A model generated the notes under the pieces. It saw nothing but the letters and a program-made list of their open reading frames with translations, made no database searches and was not told where the DNA came from. From a virus (lineage: Duplodnaviria; Heunggongvirae; Uroviricota; Caudoviricetes), in the IMG/VR virus record IMGVR_UViG_3300026737_000001: 40,273 nucleotides of DNA. One strand, written 5' to 3'. Every line of letters starts with the position of its first letter. The stretch's first letter is position 1. Positions 35,162 through 40,273 of this stretch are shown piece after piece. The translations under genes and the position numbers were made by a program.

Positions 35162-36514
35162 ATGGCATTATATAACATGAATCCTGAACCTTCCATTATT
35201 GAAAGTAACGCAGACGAGTATAACAGAACTCAGACTAATTTAATCAAGGATGAGGGGGATGCTCCTTCTGGAAGAAAGGCAGTTGACCCAAGACTAGAAA
35301 AGAAATTCAAGTTCCACTTCGGTGGACAAAACGGATGGGTAGTTATTCCTAAAGGTCGTATCGTAGCGATTGACCCTGACTTTGAAAGAAAGTCATTTGA
35401 CGATGAAATGTACTACAACGTAGCTACATTAGCTAACGGTGGTAAAAAAGTAACAGAAGCTAATCCTGATGGAGAAGATTATGTAAGAGCAGCCAATAAA
35501 CCTGCAGGTGTGTCCACAGTTAACGTATATGAGGACCTAGATGACAGCTTTAGAGGTAATGTTCCAGTTTACTACACAAGAAGCAATATTAACTTACCAT
35601 ACTTTGCCCTTAAAGCAGATGCTGAAAAGACAGAGTGGGGTAGTGTTTACGGTCCATTGAAGCCAGGAGATAAAGTTATGGCTGATGAGAATGGCCGTTT
35701 TGTTAAGTGGAAAGAAGGTAAATTAAAAACTGAAGTAAAAACTTCTGACGCTTCAGGTATTGTTGACTTAGATGTTGCAATTTTCCCTGGAGAAGCTGCA
35801 GAAGATTTTGCAGTTGTTACAACAGCTGACGGTACAGCAGTTACAGTTACAACAGTAGACCACAAAGCTGGTCAAGTTACTATTGACGCTACTGATACTG
35901 AAGTTGAAGTAACTTACCGCTCCGTATTATCCAACGCTGAGCAGATTGTTGGACAGGTACAGAACCTAAACGCTCATGTAAATGACGGTATGGTTAACTA
36001 TGCTGGCTGGTTAAAGTGGGTTATGCCAGAAGGTAAATATGTAGATGCTTCCGGATATCGTCCAGAAGATTTATCTGCTGACGGCCATCCTTATGACCCT
36101 CAGTACTTTGAAGGTTTCGACGACAAGACTATGGCTCCTACAGGAATCCCTGGTCTAACAGATGGTTATAACATCACAGTTCCTTATGCTGACAAGCCTC
36201 TAGGAACAATCCCTGAAAACATGGCAGAGGGCGAAAGCTTTAACTTCCGTGTGCTACCTACTGAAACTCCTATTTTAAGAGAAACAGTAGTAGTTAAATT
36301 CGACGGTGTAGATGTTACTGCAGATGTAGTTGAGCACATTGATGCTGATGCTGGTTTAATTATGATTAAACTTGATGCAGCTAACGCTACAGCAGCTGGA
36401 GAAACTGTTGAAGTAACAGTTGACTTCTCTGCTAAACAGCAGCTTGCAGGTCTACCAAGTCAGTATGATTTCTCTGGAGTATATGGAGACGCAGACATTT
36501 TACTACAGCTTTAA
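35162..36514 (+). CDS. head decoration/structural protein with inserted beta-rich domains
   Basis: Lies between the scaffold and capsid genes; VVIPKGRIV, LKPGD.V..D.NG.FV, EQIVGQV. Confidence 0.65.
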   Translation: MALYNMNPEPSIIESNADEYNRTQTNLIKDEGDAPSGRKAVDPRLEKKFKFHFGGQNGWVVIPKGRIVAIDPDFERKSFDDEMYYNVATLANGGKKVTEANPDGEDYVRAANKPAGVSTVNVYEDLDDSFRGNVPVYYTRSNINLPYFALKADAEKTEWGSVYGPLKPGDKVMADENGRFVKWKEGKLKTEVKTSDASGIVDLDVAIFPGEAAEDFAVVTTADGTAVTVTTVDHKAGQVTIDATDTEVEVTYRSVLSNAEQIVGQVQNLNAHVNDGMVNYAGWLKWVMPEGKYVDASGYRPEDLSADGHPYDPQYFEGFDDKTMAPTGIPGLTDGYNITVPYADKPLGTIPENMAEGESFNFRVLPTETPILRETVVVKFDGVDVTADVVEHIDADAGLIMIKLDAANATAAGETVEVTVDFSAKQQLAGLPSQYDFSGVYGDADILLQL

Positions 36515-36529
36515 TAAATAAAAAATATT

Positions 36530-36553
36530 GAGCCTTCTGAAAAACGGAGGCTC
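36530..36553 (+). terminator. hairpin between the decoration and capsid genes
   Basis: GAGCCTTC/GGAGGCTC. Confidence 0.45.
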
Positions 36554-36583
36554 TTACAAAAATTTTAAGGAGGAACAAAAATA

Positions 36584-37708
36584 ATGGGAAAAACAAATAA
36601 TTTCCGTGAATTCTGCGCTAAGGCAGATTCCAAAAAAGCGAAAAAAGCCATTGAATTTGTAAAAAAATATACACCTTTAATGAGTGAAGGTGACATGAGT
36701 AATTTTGACTTAGGCGAAAGCCCAAAGGGTGTTAAAGAAGCACTATCTACTTCTGATGCTGCTGTTTTAATGACAAAAGTAATGGAAGGAACAATGGAAA
36801 AGGCTGCAGAGCCACTCTATATCGGTTCTAAGTTCTTCAAAAAGATTAACCTTGATAGTGGAAACAGAATCGTATTTCCTGCAATCGGAGCTTTAAGAGC
36901 TCACGAAATGGGTGAAGGTGAATCCTACAGACAGGAATCTTTAGACATCATGCTCAAAGAGCGTGCTACTGAGGTTACTGTTACAAAGAAAGGTGTAATG
37001 GTAGGAATCACCGAAGAAATGATTGACGATTCTCAGTGGGAAGTTATCGGACTTCACGTTGAGGCAGCTGGACGTTCACTAGCCAGACTTAAAGAAGAGT
37101 TAATCTTTAAGGCTATGACCAAGCACGGATGGACAACTTTCGACAACGATAGAAGAGAAAAGTATCCTGAAGCTGGAACTACTGGTTTAGATGAGTATGG
37201 TAATCTAAACAATACATTAAGCACAGAGGATATGTTCGATATCGTTCTTGCTCTAATGAACAACGAGTATATGCCAACTGATATTTTAGTACATCCGCTG
37301 ACATGGGGTGTTTTTGCTAAGAATGGTCTTATCGATTTATTCAGTAAGCCTGCTTTAGGTGGAGACGCTAGTATTGGTACTATCGATAGAGATGCAACTA
37401 AGGGTAGATTACCTTTCAGTTTAAATATTACTGCTTCACCATTTATTCCTTTCAACCAGGTGGACAAAACTTTCGATATGTACGCAATCGACAGAAACAA
37501 TGTTGGTGTAATCGTACAGCGTGAAGATATGACAACTGACCAGTTTACTGACCCATATAAAGATATCTATAACTTAAAGTTCAAAGAGCGTTATGGACTG
37601 GGCATACTTGATGAAGGTAAAGCTATCAGTGTAGCTAAGAATATTGCTCTTGATACAACTTACGAAAAGCCACAGCTTGTTCGTACTTTAGATGTAACTC
37701 AGAACTAG
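36584..37708 (+). CDS. major capsid protein (HK97-like fold)
   Basis: EGESY, KKG..V.ITEEMIDDS, ILVHP, KERYGLG; strong RBS; downstream terminator. Confidence 0.9.
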   Translation: MGKTNNFREFCAKADSKKAKKAIEFVKKYTPLMSEGDMSNFDLGESPKGVKEALSTSDAAVLMTKVMEGTMEKAAEPLYIGSKFFKKINLDSGNRIVFPAIGALRAHEMGEGESYRQESLDIMLKERATEVTVTKKGVMVGITEEMIDDSQWEVIGLHVEAAGRSLARLKEELIFKAMTKHGWTTFDNDRREKYPEAGTTGLDEYGNLNNTLSTEDMFDIVLALMNNEYMPTDILVHPLTWGVFAKNGLIDLFSKPALGGDASIGTIDRDATKGRLPFSLNITASPFIPFNQVDKTFDMYAIDRNNVGVIVQREDMTTDQFTDPYKDIYNLKFKERYGLGILDEGKAISVAKNIALDTTYEKPQLVRTLDVTQN

Positions 37709-37724
37709 AAATAAATAACAACTA

Positions 37725-37758
37725 AATAGGGGCTTTTAACTTAAGCCCCTATTATTTT
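37725..37758 (+). terminator. intrinsic terminator after the capsid gene
   Basis: AATAGGGGCTT/AAGCCCCTATT followed by a T-run. Confidence 0.85.
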
Positions 37759-37781
37759 ATCAAATTTACGGGGGGTAAAAA

Positions 37782-38195
37782 ATGTATAAAGTAACTTTAA
37801 ATAAAGGAACATCTTATTTTGACCCAAAGACAAATACAAGCTTAAAGCTCAGCAAAAAGACAAGAACTTTTAGCGATGAAGAGCTTGAAAGACTTGATAT
37901 GGAAAATATTGAGTTTGCTATAAATGTAAATGTACTTAAAAAAACTGAAGTAGATGCAGAAGAAGTAGTGCAGGAAGAAACAAATGAAGTTAAACAGGAA
38001 GTAACTGAAGAACCTGTGAAGGAAGAAACAGAAGAAGTTTTGCAGGAAGAAGAGTTGGCTTTAGAAGAGTTTACTGACGATGGTGACCCTAGATGTCAGG
38101 AGATTACAGGCTCTGGAAGCCAGTGCAAAAACGCTGCTAAATACCCTGAAGAGGACCCAAAATACTGCGGAACACATAAAAAAGACGAAGAGTAG
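37782..38195 (+). CDS. acidic protein with a C-terminal C3H zinc finger
   Basis: Glu-rich repeats; CQEITGSGSQC...YCGTH. Confidence 0.75.
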   Translation: MYKVTLNKGTSYFDPKTNTSLKLSKKTRTFSDEELERLDMENIEFAINVNVLKKTEVDAEEVVQEETNEVKQEVTEEPVKEETEEVLQEEELALEEFTDDGDPRCQEITGSGSQCKNAAKYPEEDPKYCGTHKKDEE

Positions 38196-38203
38196 GTGGT
38201 TAA

Positions 38204-39919
38204 ATGCCAAATCTAGCCTATTCGACACTATTTGTAGAGAGTATTGAACCAGAAAACAAAGCTCAAAATGTTGATGTAGGCACTGATATAAAGATAATTT
38301 TCTCTGACGATGTCGATAGGGCAACTTTAAACCAAAGGACTGTAATATTCTCAAGCTCTTTAGATTATCTTAAGGTAAATCTTGATTATGATAGCGAAAA
38401 GAGAATGCTTACAGTAAGTCCGGATAATAGATTAATTTCTGGCGAAGAGTATACTTTAAAGCTTGATTCTGAGATACAAAATATTTCAGGTGAGAGTTTA
38501 GAAAAAGATAAGTTCTTTGAATTTAAAACAAACGACCTGGATATTTTAAAATCTCCAGAAATTATAAAGCCCTTAAATCAATCCATAGTAAATAATCCAG
38601 ATGTAGTCTGGAAAAAAACAGACCTTGCTGAAGCTTATGGAGTAGAGATTGCCGAAGACCCTAACTTCAAAAGACTTGTTTATTCAAATAATTTTATTAA
38701 TGATTACCAAATAATTATTGATTCAGACAAAGAAAGAGTTGGCATAACTCCTAAGAATCTTGAATTCGATAAAGAGTATTTCCTAAGAGTTAGAGCGCTT
38801 GATGTAATCTATGATACGGCAAATATAGAGACTGAAATAGAAAAAGGTGATATCTACTATTACGAAGATACAAAAAGAAAAGTTGTAATAGATGATAAGT
38901 ACACACCTGTAGAAACAGTCAATTCAGTCACAGCATTTGATGAGCTAAACAATGCGTACAATCTGAAGCCTGAAAATTTCGAGATAGGCCCACAGATGGA
39001 AAGCATCCTAATAGATGCAGGAAATATAAAGTTAGAATCAGTTCTGGTTGATATGGATTATGGAATCAAAAAAGACAACAGCAGCTGGTCTGAAACAGTT
39101 TCATTCTACTACGAGAAAAAAATAGAGGAAGATTTTAAAAATTCCATACTAAGCTCTCTCGAAGGTATGTCAGTTGGAGACGTAGAGATAGTATCACCTA
39201 AAAGCCTTGTAAATGTAAAGACCGACATAAGTGAAATAAAATTTAAGGTTTATGGTGCAGAAAGTATTGAAGATATTTCAGTTGAGCTTGATGGTCTTGC
39301 TATAAATGACATTCCATATATAGAAGGACACGGAGAAGTTTCAGGCACTTTAAGCCTCTTAAGCAGAGAAGATAATTATCTAAGTTTGAGTTATTCAGTG
39401 CCAGAACTTTTTGAGAATAATGAATACACACTAAAAGTAAATGCTTTAGGTAATGAACAAACATTTAAATTGATATCTAAAATAAGCCCTGCACTTACAA
39501 CCATAAAGATTATAAAAAACAGTAATGTCGGGTCCTTTTTAAAAGATATAAATGATGAAATTGTACTCTACAGCATTTATGATAACTCAGTGCTTGCTAT
39601 TGATATAGCAGAATCAAGTGGGAACGAAATAGATATTGATAAACCCTCTTTTGAGGCAGTTAAATATACGACATTAAAGTCCGAGCTTGACCTCTTGTAT
39701 GCTTTGTATCTCCAAAAAACAAGCACAAAGTCAACAACACTTGGAGACTTTTCAGTTGATGCCTTTAAGTTTGAGGAGATAAGCCCAATACTTGATGAAC
39801 TAAGAGAGCAGATAGACTACTGGGAAGGTGTCTTAAGAGGAAATGAAAGCAGTTTTGCCAGTCCTCTAAGTGTAACAAAATCAGAAGGCACATATTCTCT
39901 AAGCGATAGAACTTTCTAG
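38204..39919 (+). CDS. virion protein with Ig-like (Big_5/SbsA) and FN3-like domains and a probable head-tail connector C-terminus
   Basis: P...A.NV...I.I.FS.DVD..T, L..GEEYTL; YFLRVRA...SSWSE; TTLGDFSV. Confidence 0.75.
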   Translation: MPNLAYSTLFVESIEPENKAQNVDVGTDIKIIFSDDVDRATLNQRTVIFSSSLDYLKVNLDYDSEKRMLTVSPDNRLISGEEYTLKLDSEIQNISGESLEKDKFFEFKTNDLDILKSPEIIKPLNQSIVNNPDVVWKKTDLAEAYGVEIAEDPNFKRLVYSNNFINDYQIIIDSDKERVGITPKNLEFDKEYFLRVRALDVIYDTANIETEIEKGDIYYYEDTKRKVVIDDKYTPVETVNSVTAFDELNNAYNLKPENFEIGPQMESILIDAGNIKLESVLVDMDYGIKKDNSSWSETVSFYYEKKIEEDFKNSILSSLEGMSVGDVEIVSPKSLVNVKTDISEIKFKVYGAESIEDISVELDGLAINDIPYIEGHGEVSGTLSLLSREDNYLSLSYSVPELFENNEYTLKVNALGNEQTFKLISKISPALTTIKIIKNSNVGSFLKDINDEIVLYSIYDNSVLAIDIAESSGNEIDIDKPSFEAVKYTTLKSELDLLYALYLQKTSTKSTTLGDFSVDAFKFEEISPILDELREQIDYWEGVLRGNESSFASPLSVTKSEGTYSLSDRTF

Positions 39920-39931
39920 GTGGTGGTTAAT

Positions 39932-40273
39932 TTGAGCTTTACAAAAAATGAATTTGACAGATTTTCAGAAAAGCACGGAACTCTAAGACTTGTAGGGCAT
40001 ACTAAAAGAAAAAACCACTGCACCTGCTTTGATGGAGAAAATGCAGACCCTAAATGTCATAAATGTTTTGGTACCGGCTGGAAGTATGACTGGTTTTTGA
40101 CAAAGGCAAGAAGAAGCCAGGGCTCAACAGGTATATCAGCATCAAATGACAAGATAGATTTTAGGCTTCCGTTTGATATAAGCACTTTAAATTTTAAATA
40201 TTATTTTAAAACAGAATGTGACGTAAGTTCTTATGACTTCATTATAGAGTTCATGAACAGCGAAGGCAGAGAT
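39932..40273 (+). CDS. partial neck/head-closure protein (runs off the window)
   Basis: TTG start after AGGTGG; C.C......DP.C.KC.GTGW motif. Confidence 0.6.
   Translation, partial: MSFTKNEFDRFSEKHGTLRLVGHTKRKNHCTCFDGENADPKCHKCFGTGWKYDWFLTKARRSQGSTGISASNDKIDFRLPFDISTLNFKYYFKTECDVSSYDFIIEFMNSEGRD

Noticed and set aside
277-38354. Numerous Ser/Phe/Leu-rich antisense ORFs in the track (for example 9893..10228, 13458..13883, 37054..37500)
   Set aside because: Shadow frames of real genes on the opposite strand.

Overview
AT-rich segment of a large tailed phage of a Firmicutes-type host (sigma-A-like promoters, GGAGG/GGAGTG ribosome-binding sites), probably a phage-plasmid. Left arm (1-16.7 kb, minus strand): small, mostly unknown early/accessory genes, including BRO-N, macrodomain, NADAR, HEXXH zincin and YneA-like LysM proteins. 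This arm is interrupted by an iteron-rich non-coding block (6.8-7.7 kb), a ~550-nt highly structured antisense RNA gene with twin promoters (9.2-9.77 kb) and a ~210-nt sRNA (12.9-13.1 kb). Centre (17-19.3 kb): a parA plus small-partner cassette and a repeat-dense, origin-like strand-switch region. Right arm (plus strand): homing-endonuclease-like genes, a vWA protein, a tRNA array (Met, Asn, Asp, Glu, Asn, Phe and a Tyr-like tRNA split by an endonuclease gene), then the head module (terminase, portal, protease-scaffold, decoration protein, major capsid, Ig-like/neck proteins). The most notable signals are the large ornate ncRNA, two repeated covarying cis-RNA motifs, two tRNA-Asn genes whose halves pair crosswise, and a polarised over-represented octamer (CCGGGCCA). 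All calls are by eye; no searches were run.
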